Source of the DNA: Elusimicrobiota bacterium
GTDB lineage: Bacteria; Elusimicrobiota; Endomicrobiia; CG1-02-37-114; JAHJSO01
Direction: 5' to 3'
DNA: 64,000 nucleotides
Assembly: GCA_043826435.1 (NCBI GenBank)
Contig: JBDRQF010000037.1
Coordinates: forward strand, 60,186-124,185
Numbering within the stretch: the stretch's first letter is position 1; each line of letters opens with the position of its first letter. Shown here piece by piece: positions 28,154-37,583 of this stretch. Below the pieces are notes generated by a model, which saw only the letters and a program-made list of their open reading frames with translations, made no database searches and was not told where the DNA came from. A program made the position numbers and the translations under genes.

Positions 28154-29061
28154 TTTGCCTCCAGTTCTTCCGGATAGACCCGGACTTTTAACAGTTCTTT
28201 CTGCTTCTCAATCCATTTGTCAAACCTGTCTTTTATAATTATCCTTTTAATTTCGTTCCGGGCATTTTCGGCAGAAACCGCAGGCAGGATTTTTTGCGAG
28301 GTTTTCCTAAGGACGTGGTATCCGTAGGCCGTATGCACCGGTTTTTCAGAAAATTTACCGACGGGCATGTCCTTTACTGCCCCGCTGAATTCAGGCAGGA
28401 GTTCAGCAGGTTTGAACGTGCCGAGGTCCCCGCCCCTTGAACTTGTTGCAGGGTCAAGCGATGCCTCTTTTGCAAGGGTTTCAAAATCAGTTCCCTTTTT
28501 TAATTTTCGGACGACTTCCTCGGCGTCCGGTAACGACGACAAAAGTATGTGGCTTAACCGTATCTCTACGGGCCGGTCAAAGTCCTTCTTGTTGTCCTTA
28601 TAATATTGTTCAATCTCGCTATCGGGGACATTAAGTTCGGTCTTTTCCATTTCCTTGAGGTATTCTTCTATGAGCCGTTCCTCCTCAAACTGACGGACCT
28701 TGTTCTTGTAATCCTGCTTGAACTCCTCCACGGACGTCAGGATGTCCTTGCGTTTGTGCAGGTTGGACTTTTTGGCGAGGACGAGCATTATTTTCTGGCG
28801 CATGAGTATGTCCAGGAACTGCCTCCTGCCGGGTTCGGTGGACAGGTATTCCTGATAACTTAAAGGAGCGGACCTTATCTTTGATGCGACGTCCTCTAGC
28901 GTAATTTTTTCAGAACCGACCCGTGCCACCACCTTTTTTTCCTGTTTCTTACCGCACCCGGCAAAAGCAAATGTGAAAACAAGCAAAAAACAACCGATAT
29001 ATTTTCTCAATTTAAACACCCCCACTTTGATTATTATATCATATATTGCTGAATTTTGCAA
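28150..29061 (-). CDS. PrsA/PpiC-type PPIase lipoprotein
   Basis: FAGC lipobox; LSHILL, GGDLG, TAYGYHV; real start probably a little downstream of 29061. Confidence 0.85.
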   Translation of the reverse strand: MQNSAIYDIIIKVGVFKLRKYIGCFLLVFTFAFAGCGKKQEKKVVARVGSEKITLEDVASKIRSAPLSYQEYLSTEPGRRQFLDILMRQKIMLVLAKKSNLHKRKDILTSVEEFKQDYKNKVRQFEEERLIEEYLKEMEKTELNVPDSEIEQYYKDNKKDFDRPVEIRLSHILLSSLPDAEEVVRKLKKGTDFETLAKEASLDPATSSRGGDLGTFKPAELLPEFSGAVKDMPVGKFSEKPVHTAYGYHVLRKTSQKILPAVSAENARNEIKRIIIKDRFDKWIEKQKELLKVRVYPEELEAK

Positions 29062-32053
29062 TGAGGTCGGACAAAAAATTTTTTATCTGTGTTTTTTCCT
29101 GTTCCATCAGAAAACCGTCCTGTGTCCAGGCAATTGAACGGTTATACGTTTTTGAAAGGTAGTGGACTGCATCATGAGGCCTCTTTTCCGGCAGGAATAC
29201 GTATTCCAGATATTTCCTGTCTTTTCTGTATATCTCCTTTATCTGTTGCAGCCCTGATTTTTTCATAAGGTGTCTTATCTCAACGAGATAAACGAGGTTT
29301 TTAACCGGTCCGGGCGGCGAGCCGAACCTGTCCGTAAGTTCATAGATGATGCCGTTTAATTCCTCTGTTTTTTCAGCAGTTATGAATTTCCTGTAAAACA
29401 TAATCCTCATCTGTTCCTGCGGGATGTAATCCTGCGGGATAAAAGCGGGTATGTCTATGTCAACTACCGGGGTGAACTCTTCCGACCGGGCGGCAGGTTT
29501 AATGCCCCTTAGGGTGTGAACTTCTTCCGACAAGAACCTGCTGTATATGTCCAGCCCCACGTCATGCACGAACCCGTGTTGTTTTTTGCCGAGGAACTCT
29601 CCCGCTCCCCTTATTTCCATATCCTGCAATGCCAGTTTAAACCCGGAGCCGAGACGTGAGAACTCCTTCAGCGCCGCCAGCCGTTTCCTGGTTGCTTCGT
29701 TGAGTTCCCCGTGAGTATAGAGCAGGTAGCAGTATGCCCTTGTTTTTGAACGACCTACTCTGCCCCTTAACTGGTACATCGTAGAGAGGCCGAACTTTTC
29801 CGCCTTTTCCACTATCATCGTATTGACGTTCGGGAGGTCAATGCCCGACTCCACTATCGTCGTAGCGATGAGACAGTCATACAGGGCATGGCCGAATTCA
29901 AACATTGTTTTTTCAATCTCCCTGCCTTTCATCCTGCCGTGGACAACGCAGAATTTTATTCCGGGCATGAGTTTTTCAAGGCGCCTTTTCCGCGCCTCAA
30001 TTGAGTGTATGTAATTGTGGATGTAAAAAACCTGTCCTCCCCTGCCCGTCTCACTGCTTATTGCTTTTACTATAATGTCCTCGTTGTATCCGGCCAGATG
30101 CGTTTCAATGGGGAGCCGCCCCTCGGGGCTGGTCTCTATCAGGGAAAGGTCTTTTATGCCTGAAAGCGACATGGACAACGTTCTTGGTATGGGGGTCGCG
30201 GTGAGGGAAAGGACGTCCATGGATTTCCTGAGCAGTTTCAGGTGCTCCTTCTGGGCGACGCCGAACCTGTGTTCCTCGTCTATAATCAAAAGACCGAGGT
30301 CTTTGAACCGGATGTCTTTTTGCAGGAGGCGGTGCGTCCCTATGACGATGTCCGTTATGCCCCTTTTGATAGACGCGGAGATTTCCGCCTGTTCCTTTTT
30401 TGTCTGGAATCTTGTGAGCAGGGCGATGTGGACAGGGAATGATTTCAGCCGTTCCATGAAAACGTTGTAGTGCTGTTCGGCAAGGACTGTCGTAGGTGTA
30501 AGAACAGCCGCCTGTTTTGAGTTAACGGCGCATCTGAATGCCGCCCTTACCGCAACCTCCGTTTTTCCGAAGCCGACGTCACCCAGTACAAGGCGGTCCA
30601 TCGGGTATGGCGTTCCCATATCCTTTTGGACTTGTTCAATTGAGTTTATCTGATCCTGTGTTTCGTCGTACGGGAATGAGTTCGCCAATGCCCTTTCAAG
30701 TTCAGCGTCCCCGGTAAAAGGCGGCCGCTGTTGTTGTTTCCTGGCGAGATAAATACCGTGGAGTTTTTTCGCCAGGTCTGATGCGGACTCTTTTGCCTTT
30801 AACTTCGCCCTCTCCCAGGAGGCGGTATCAAGGGAGTAAAGTTTCGGCCTCCTGCCCTCAACGCCTATGTATTTTCCGACCTTGCGGAAATCCGTTATCG
30901 GCACAAAAACCCTGTCGCCGCCGCGGTATTCAATCTGTATATATTCCGAAACGTTTTCCCCTATTGCAATCTGTTTCAGCCCTTTGTACCTGCCTATGCC
31001 GTATTTTTCATGAACAACGTAGTCGCCAGGGGCAATTTCCCACAGGCCTTCAAGGGTCACCCCTGATTTTATCCCGGCCGTCCTCGGGGGAGCGGTGAAC
31101 CTGCCGAATATGTCGTTGTAGGATATGAAGAATAATTTTCTTTCAGGGTTGTAAAACCCCCGTCTCAATTTACCGCTTAAGACGTCCGGCATTGCGATGT
31201 TTATATTCCTGCTTATCATTCCGTCCTGCAGGACTGCCGTCAGTCTTTGATGTTCTCCGGTGTTGCCGCAGAAGATAACGGTAGTATATTTTTCATTGTG
31301 ATATTTTATGAAGTCGCGGAAGAACAGGTCAATGTTTCCTGCATACCGGACGTTCGGGAAAAAGTTTTTCATGCCGGCATCCCCGCAGACGGATATATCC
31401 GTTGTTTTTGCATTATGCAGGTACTGTTTTATGTTTCCTGAAACGTCGTATTCTTTCGCAGGCAGCAGTGTGTATCCGCTGATGGCGTCTTTTGAAAGTT
31501 GCGTTTCAGGGTCAAAGCGCCGGATTGATTCAACCGTATCGCCTGAAAAAAGGATTCTGACGGGGAGGTCTGCCGACGGGGGTGACCACGCGTCTATTAT
31601 TTCGCCCCGGACGGCGAACTGCCCTGTGTCTTCAACAAAGTCGGTCCTTGTCCAGCCCGTTTCGGTAAAAAAGGAAAGTATGTCCCTGCGCGTCAAATTC
31701 GCTCCGGTCTGAAGCCGGATGGTTTTCAAATCTTCCGGGGGCAAACACCCGTCAAGGACTGATTGCCGGGACGCAAGGATAAAGAAGGTTTCGCCGGGAG
31801 AATTTTTCAGGTTGTACAACGTTGAAATGCGATCGGAGTCATTCTCGTTAAAGAGGAGCGTCCTTGCAGGCGACCTAAACCACAGGGACAGGGAGGCAAC
31901 GCCGTCCCGGGCCGTCTCTATGTCTTCTTCAGTCGGAAGGACAACGAGGCATGTTTTCTTTTTTAAATAAAAACTCTCAAACAGATAAAAAAGACATGGT
32001 TCAAAACCATCAGAACATTTTTCGGGATGCATATACATAAAGCAACATAACAA
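29039..32053 (-). CDS. mfd: Transcription-repair coupling factor
   Basis: GDYVVHEKYGIG, GDVGFGKTEVA, IIDEEHRFG, TATPIPRT, QLRGRVGRS, TRCF C-terminus. Confidence 0.97.
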   Translation of the reverse strand: MLCCFMYMHPEKCSDGFEPCLFYLFESFYLKKKTCLVVLPTEEDIETARDGVASLSLWFRSPARTLLFNENDSDRISTLYNLKNSPGETFFILASRQSVLDGCLPPEDLKTIRLQTGANLTRRDILSFFTETGWTRTDFVEDTGQFAVRGEIIDAWSPPSADLPVRILFSGDTVESIRRFDPETQLSKDAISGYTLLPAKEYDVSGNIKQYLHNAKTTDISVCGDAGMKNFFPNVRYAGNIDLFFRDFIKYHNEKYTTVIFCGNTGEHQRLTAVLQDGMISRNINIAMPDVLSGKLRRGFYNPERKLFFISYNDIFGRFTAPPRTAGIKSGVTLEGLWEIAPGDYVVHEKYGIGRYKGLKQIAIGENVSEYIQIEYRGGDRVFVPITDFRKVGKYIGVEGRRPKLYSLDTASWERAKLKAKESASDLAKKLHGIYLARKQQQRPPFTGDAELERALANSFPYDETQDQINSIEQVQKDMGTPYPMDRLVLGDVGFGKTEVAVRAAFRCAVNSKQAAVLTPTTVLAEQHYNVFMERLKSFPVHIALLTRFQTKKEQAEISASIKRGITDIVIGTHRLLQKDIRFKDLGLLIIDEEHRFGVAQKEHLKLLRKSMDVLSLTATPIPRTLSMSLSGIKDLSLIETSPEGRLPIETHLAGYNEDIIVKAISSETGRGGQVFYIHNYIHSIEARKRRLEKLMPGIKFCVVHGRMKGREIEKTMFEFGHALYDCLIATTIVESGIDLPNVNTMIVEKAEKFGLSTMYQLRGRVGRSKTRAYCYLLYTHGELNEATRKRLAALKEFSRLGSGFKLALQDMEIRGAGEFLGKKQHGFVHDVGLDIYSRFLSEEVHTLRGIKPAARSEEFTPVVDIDIPAFIPQDYIPQEQMRIMFYRKFITAEKTEELNGIIYELTDRFGSPPGPVKNLVYLVEIRHLMKKSGLQQIKEIYRKDRKYLEYVFLPEKRPHDAVHYLSKTYNRSIAWTQDGFLMEQEKTQIKNFLSDLIAKFSNI

Positions 32054-32086
32054 GAGTACTCTGTAACCTATGTACGGGCGGACAAT

Positions 32087-32392
32087 TTAAGAGAGGACGC
32101 CCAGGGCATTATTGGCGAGCATACCTATTTTAATTCCTGACTTTTTTGCTTTAGAGGACACTTCAACCACTTTGCTTTTAAGCAATTCATCAACACTTGA
32201 GACACCCCTTACCACACAGGCACAGTCATCAAACTTGTCTGCTGTTGCAATGTCAAGATACCCGCACATAATATAACCCTTTTTTGCCACGACCAGTACA
32301 AGTGTGGAATTCTGAAGCGGAATCTCAATTCCCTGTGCAACCTGTTTGCCCTTTTTGATTACAATGTCTCGGACTTGCATAAAATTCTCCAC
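32087..32392 (-). CDS. YunC / DUF1805 family protein
   Basis: KGYIMCGYLD, GVSSVDELL. Confidence 0.85.
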   Translation of the reverse strand: MENFMQVRDIVIKKGKQVAQGIEIPLQNSTLVLVVAKKGYIMCGYLDIATADKFDDCACVVRGVSSVDELLKSKVVEVSSKAKKSGIKIGMLANNALGVLS

Positions 32393-32510
32393 TCCCCCGG
32401 GTTATTCGTCCGGGAAATACCTTCTAAAACCCGTGATGCTGTTCCCCGCGAGAACCCCACAAAAAACCCCGCGTTTCCAGATACTATTCTACATCTATTT
32501 TTTTGAAAAG

Positions 32511-33752
32511 TCAAGGACGGAAAACATTGGGCGGGAAAACATTGGCATATTTGTAATTTTTGTCAATTGTCATTTTTGTTTTCATTTCGCTACACAACTC
32601 TTTCAATAGGGTTAAAATTTTTTCTGCCCTCTTTTTTGGTGCAATGCGTGGCTGACCCGAGTGTATATAAACAGGATATATAGTAATTCCTTCAATGGCA
32701 GCGTGTGGCAGGGCAGATGCATTTATGTCAGATGCATTGATGTCAGAGGCGGGTTGTACGGCGGTGTTTGTGTCTGTTGTGGATATCCGGAGCATGAACT
32801 CCACAATGATTGTTTCATTCTGTTCGTCCTTTGGCGGCATAAAAACAAAATTGCCTAAACTGTAAACAATTGGTTTGTTTTTGTAAAACTCAATTCCCTG
32901 CATAACATGGGGGTGGTGTCCTACAACGATGTCAGCCCCCGAGTCAATAGCATGTCTTGCCAGATATTTTTGAGATTTGGTGGGATAATAACTTTTCTCT
33001 TCTCCCCAGTGAAATGATACAAATACAATGTGTGCCCGTGCCTTTAATTTTTTTATACTTTCTTTCATCAATTTCGCTGGCCAGGTCGGAGCAACACCAG
33101 GTTTTTTGGTTTTTGCGATACAGTCAGTTGAAACAATCGCTGAATAGCCAAGAAAGCCGACCCTGATTTCACCGACCGGAATTATAACCCCTGCTGTGGC
33201 CTCTTCAATATCTCTACCCGCTCCTACTGCAAGAATTTTGTTTTCGTTCAGATATCTTATTGTGTCCAGAAGTGCGAGTTCACCAAAATCCATTGTGTGA
33301 TTATTGGCAAGATTTACAACATCAAATCCGGCGTATTTCAGTGATTCAACCCTTTTGGGCGAGCCCCTCAGTTGCCACTGTTTGTTGAGCGGTTCTCCTC
33401 TATCAGAGAGAGAACATTCCATGTTACAGAAGGATATGTCCGCTGATTTCAACAGTCCCCCGATTTTTTCAAAAGGATATTTTTCGCCTGACATTTTAAT
33501 ATGGTATTCAATGCCCTTGCGTGCCAGAAGAACATCCCCGACCGCCACAATGGTTAGGGAGTCCCTGTTTTTGGATAGAGGTGTCCTGTCTTTGCTGGTT
33601 CTCGCAGTTGATATAGCAGAAGACGAAACGGTAGAAAACTCCTCGGAATGTACTGCATTATTAAACGGAATATGTGCCATCACAAGAATAAGGAATAATT
33701 TTGTCATTAGATTTCGCAGGAGTACCGCACTGCTCTGATAAGTCGGATACAT
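32511..33752 (-). CDS. CapA (PGA_cap) family metallophosphatase
   Basis: AVGDV, NMEC, LANNHTMDFG, HWGEE, GHHPHV, YSLGNF. Confidence 0.92.
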   Translation of the reverse strand: MYPTYQSSAVLLRNLMTKLFLILVMAHIPFNNAVHSEEFSTVSSSAISTARTSKDRTPLSKNRDSLTIVAVGDVLLARKGIEYHIKMSGEKYPFEKIGGLLKSADISFCNMECSLSDRGEPLNKQWQLRGSPKRVESLKYAGFDVVNLANNHTMDFGELALLDTIRYLNENKILAVGAGRDIEEATAGVIIPVGEIRVGFLGYSAIVSTDCIAKTKKPGVAPTWPAKLMKESIKKLKARAHIVFVSFHWGEEKSYYPTKSQKYLARHAIDSGADIVVGHHPHVMQGIEFYKNKPIVYSLGNFVFMPPKDEQNETIIVEFMLRISTTDTNTAVQPASDINASDINASALPHAAIEGITIYPVYIHSGQPRIAPKKRAEKILTLLKELCSEMKTKMTIDKNYKYANVFPPNVFRP

Positions 33753-33901
33753 TTACTTCATCCCCCTAATAATGCCTCGCCATTTGAGGCAGGAAGCGAT
33801 GAATACCTTTACTTAAATATACCATAAATTATTTGTATTTTCAAGTGCAGGGAGTTCACAATTTCTTGACAATACCCTGAAAATTATGCTAATATACAAC
33901 T

Positions 33902-35473
33902 ATGATTCTTCTTTTTTGTATCGGATGTTTTCTTTTTAGCGGGCTGACGACTAACGCGCTGGCAACCGAGGGTCTGGCGGCTAAGGGTCTGGCAGATAGT
34001 GGGTTGGCAACTATTGGGCTGGTAGCGGATGCTGGGGCAACCGGTGATATGACAGCCGGGCAGACATCATCTGGACGGACGACAACCCATTTGTCAGCAA
34101 TAGAGAGCAGTGCCACAGCGTCTACAAACGTGTATCTCCTTGAAATAAACGGAGTAATAAATCCTGTCGTTTCCGAATACATTTCTCAAGAACTGAAGTC
34201 AGCACAACCGGATATACCCGTTATTATTCAATTGAATACGCCAGGTGGTTTAATGGAATCAATGAATGAGATTGTCATGTCCATTCTGAATTCACCCCGC
34301 CCTGTAATTGTATGGGTGGGCCCGGCCGGCGCAAAGGCTGCATCCGCAGGCGTGTTTATCACAATGGCGTCGGATATTGCCGCTATGGCGCCCGCCACAA
34401 ACATCGGTGCCGCCCACCCTGTACAGATGGGCGGGGTTCCTATCCCTTCACGACCATCGGGCGGGGAGCAGAAAAAGGAAGTCCGGGAGAAAGATGGGCA
34501 AAGGGAACAGGCAGATGAAAAGAAGGGTGAAAAGATAAAACCCGGGGCGGATAAACCCGTGCAGTATGCTCCGGAGCCGGACACGATGGAACAGAAGATA
34601 ACGAACGACGCTGCTGCCTACATGAGGGCGATTACAAAAACGAAGAAAAGAAACTGGCAATGGGCTGAGGAGTCGGTTACAAAAAGCGTTTCAATTACTT
34701 CCGACGAGGCGCTCAGAAAAAAGGTGATAGAGTATGTCGCCCCGGACTTAAACGGACTCCTCTCTATGATTCACGGTAAAAAGGTTGAAAAACTGGACAG
34801 GACGTATGTGCTCAATACCAAAGACGCATCGGTTATCAAAAAAGAAATGTCCGCTTTCAGGAAATTTCTGAATTTCGTCGCGCATCCGAATATAGCCCTT
34901 ATTTTTCTCACGCTTGGCGTGTATGGACTGATTTATGAGTTCAGTTCACCAGGTATCGGGTTCGGGGTTGTCTTCGGCGGGGTGTGCCTGATTCTTGCTT
35001 TTTATTCAATGCATCTGTTGCCCGTAAACACAGCGGGGCTGGTGCTGGTTCTGTTAGGGGTAGTGCTTATGGCAATGGATATAATTGTTTCCACCTACGG
35101 CATACTCACCATCGGGGGAGTTGCATCTTTTATTTTTGGTTCTCTTATGCTGTTTGATTCGCCCGAAAATTTTTTGAGGGTGTCATTCAGTGTGATATTT
35201 TCGCTTGCTGCCGCGACGCTGCTGTTTATTGTTTTTGTCATAGGAGCAATACTGAAATCCCGCAGGAAGAAAGTTGCGACGGGCAGGGAAAGTTTACTGG
35301 GCACGGTCGCGGTGGCGAGAAACGATTTTGTAAACTCCCAGGGGATGGTATTTGTTCACGGTGAGCTCTGGAAGGCGGAAACGCCGGGTTCGGGGGAGGT
35401 GAAGACAGGGGAAAAGTTAGAGATAACCGGTATTGAGGGGAATTTGCTGAAAGTTAAAAAGGCATCAGGTTAA
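33902..35473 (+). CDS. nfeD: NfeD-family membrane-bound ClpP-class serine protease
   Basis: LNTPGG, AASAG, MAPATNIGAAHP, C-terminal VHGELWKA; precedes SPFH gene. Confidence 0.92.
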   Translation: MILLFCIGCFLFSGLTTNALATEGLAAKGLADSGLATIGLVADAGATGDMTAGQTSSGRTTTHLSAIESSATASTNVYLLEINGVINPVVSEYISQELKSAQPDIPVIIQLNTPGGLMESMNEIVMSILNSPRPVIVWVGPAGAKAASAGVFITMASDIAAMAPATNIGAAHPVQMGGVPIPSRPSGGEQKKEVREKDGQREQADEKKGEKIKPGADKPVQYAPEPDTMEQKITNDAAAYMRAITKTKKRNWQWAEESVTKSVSITSDEALRKKVIEYVAPDLNGLLSMIHGKKVEKLDRTYVLNTKDASVIKKEMSAFRKFLNFVAHPNIALIFLTLGVYGLIYEFSSPGIGFGVVFGGVCLILAFYSMHLLPVNTAGLVLVLLGVVLMAMDIIVSTYGILTIGGVASFIFGSLMLFDSPENFLRVSFSVIFSLAAATLLFIVFVIGAILKSRRKKVATGRESLLGTVAVARNDFVNSQGMVFVHGELWKAETPGSGEVKTGEKLEITGIEGNLLKVKKASG

Positions 35474-35515
35474 GGGGGCGCTGCGCGAGATGTGAGCGCC
35501 CGGGAGGAGGTAAAA

Positions 35516-36259
35516 ATGTTTACAGGTCCCATAATGTTGATATTTGTGTGTCTGATAATTTTTATAAATGCCGTAAGGGTTATAAAGGAGTATGAGAGGG
35601 GAGTAATATTCCGGCTGGGGCGTATGGTGGGAGTAAAGGGTCCCGGGCTTTTTTTCATCATACCTTTTGTTGACAAGATGGTGATAGTGAGTTTACGCAC
35701 GCAGGTGCTGGACGTCCCCATTCAGGAGGTTATAACAAAAGACAACGTCCCCGCAAAGGTTAACGCTGTTTGTTATTTCAGGGTTATGGAACCCGGCAAA
35801 GCAATAGTTGAGGTTGAGAATTACATATACGCGACGTCACAGATTTCCCAGACAACTTTGAGGAGCGTTATTGGCCAGGCGGACCTGGACGAAGTTCTTT
35901 CCGAGAGAGAAAAGATAAACACCAAACTCCAGCAGATTATTGATGAAGCCACTGACCCGTGGGGGATTAAGGTGAGCATCGTTGAGGTAAAGGACGTGCA
36001 GATACCTGAACAAATGCAGAGGGCGATAGCGCACCAGGCGGAGGCGGAGAGGGACCGCAGGGCGAAGATAATAAATGCGGAGGGTGAATACCAGGCAGCG
36101 GAAAAATTGGCGTCTGCGGCGGACATCATGAGCAGGAATAAAACGACGCTGCAACTGAGGTATCTCCAGACGATGATAGAGATAGCCACTGAAAAGAATA
36201 CCACCGTGATAGTTCCCCTGCCGATTGAGATGTTGCAGGCATATATTGAAAAGAAGTAA
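35516..36259 (+). CDS. SPFH/stomatin (slipin) protein
   Basis: [37 protein letters not shown]. Confidence 0.95.
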   Translation: MFTGPIMLIFVCLIIFINAVRVIKEYERGVIFRLGRMVGVKGPGLFFIIPFVDKMVIVSLRTQVLDVPIQEVITKDNVPAKVNAVCYFRVMEPGKAIVEVENYIYATSQISQTTLRSVIGQADLDEVLSEREKINTKLQQIIDEATDPWGIKVSIVEVKDVQIPEQMQRAIAHQAEAERDRRAKIINAEGEYQAAEKLASAADIMSRNKTTLQLRYLQTMIEIATEKNTTVIVPLPIEMLQAYIEKK

Positions 36260-36351
36260 TAAGAATTATCTATGAAATAAATGAATTAAAACGAGAAGTC
36301 CCGATTCACTATAATTAGGGACAAGAAAACACTCAGGAGATTAATGTACAC

Positions 36352-37500
36352 TTGAAACAATTAAGTTATTCGCAGATGTCGGTGTATCTGAGGTGTCCGC
36401 TCCAGTATAAACTGTCGTATGTTGACAGGCTTAAGGCGCCGCCCAAACACTATTTTAGTTTCGGCAGCAGCATCCATTCGGCACTTGAATTTCTCTACAA
36501 GGTAAAAACCCCGAAGCCGCCGTCGCTTGATGAATTTCTGAAGTTCTATGAAACGAACTGGGAAAAAGAGGGGTATGCTTCCCCCGGGCAGGAAAAGGAG
36601 TATTTTGAGTTCGGGGAAGAAATGCTTACGGGATATTACAATATCCATACAAAGGACTTCAAACTGCCCCTGTCCGTTGAATACAATTTTAATTTTGAAA
36701 TAAACAAGGATGTCCGGTTAAGGGGTTTTATAGACAGGATAGACAAACTCGCTTCGGGCGGTGTTGAAGTGGTTGACTACAAAACCGAGGCGGAGCCGTT
36801 TACAACAGCGCGGCTGGAGTCGGACAAGCAGCTCACCCTGTATCAGATAGCGATTGAAAAAACTCTCAAACTGCCCGTGGAAAAACTCACGTTGTACCAT
36901 ATGAAAAGTTTAACCCCTTTCAGCGCCGGCCCCAGGACACCGTCGCAGGAAAAGGAAGTACTGGACCTGGTGGTAGAGGTGGCAGGGGATATCAACGCCG
37001 GGAAATTTGAGCCGACACTGAACAACTTCTGTCCGTGTGATTTTGACAGGCACTGCCACTATTTCAGGCACAAGTATATGAAGGAAGAAGGGACAGAAGA
37101 GGGGGAAGGGAAAGGGCAGCCGGCCGGGCAGGAGGATATGGTATCGCTTGTTGACGACTACTCCCGGCTTAAGGAAGAGAACAAAAAAGGCACTACGGAG
37201 ATTGAATCGCTCAGGGGAAAAATTATAGGGTATATGGAACGGAATAATCTCTCACGGCTATTCGGGCAGAATTACGAGGTCACACTCGTACAGGGCGAGA
37301 AGCAGGAGTGGGACGAAGAGGATGTAAAGAAAACCCTGTTGCCGGCAGGACTGCTTGACAGGGTGACGGGCATTGACCAGTCGCTCGTGGCCGGGTTGCT
37401 TGAGAGTGACGATACGCCTCCGGAAATCAGACAGAAATTAAAGTCCCTCAGGAAATTATCAAAAGGATCATACCAGATCCGTTATAAGAAAATCAAATAA
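36352..37500 (+). CDS. RecB-like PD-(D/E)XK nuclease with C-terminal helical extension
   Basis: SYSQ...CPLQY, GFIDRID, VDYKT, QLTLY, CPC...C. Confidence 0.85.
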   Translation: MKQLSYSQMSVYLRCPLQYKLSYVDRLKAPPKHYFSFGSSIHSALEFLYKVKTPKPPSLDEFLKFYETNWEKEGYASPGQEKEYFEFGEEMLTGYYNIHTKDFKLPLSVEYNFNFEINKDVRLRGFIDRIDKLASGGVEVVDYKTEAEPFTTARLESDKQLTLYQIAIEKTLKLPVEKLTLYHMKSLTPFSAGPRTPSQEKEVLDLVVEVAGDINAGKFEPTLNNFCPCDFDRHCHYFRHKYMKEEGTEEGEGKGQPAGQEDMVSLVDDYSRLKEENKKGTTEIESLRGKIIGYMERNNLSRLFGQNYEVTLVQGEKQEWDEEDVKKTLLPAGLLDRVTGIDQSLVAGLLESDDTPPEIRQKLKSLRKLSKGSYQIRYKKIK

Positions 37501-37583
37501 AGTTCGGGAGTTCGGGAGGATGAGCGTGCGATTATTTCCCACCGTGCTTCCGGAATAATGCGCGGTTCAGCGGGCAACGTACT

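Noticed and set aside
26296..32450. GTTCCCCGCG at about 26296 and 32441 resembling a type I-E CRISPR repeat
   Set aside because: Isolated 10-mers with no palindromic partner and no regular spacing
36352..37500. Cas4 / CRISPR-associated gene
   Set aside because: Cas4-like motifs but no cas1, cas2 or array; generic RecB-family nuclease
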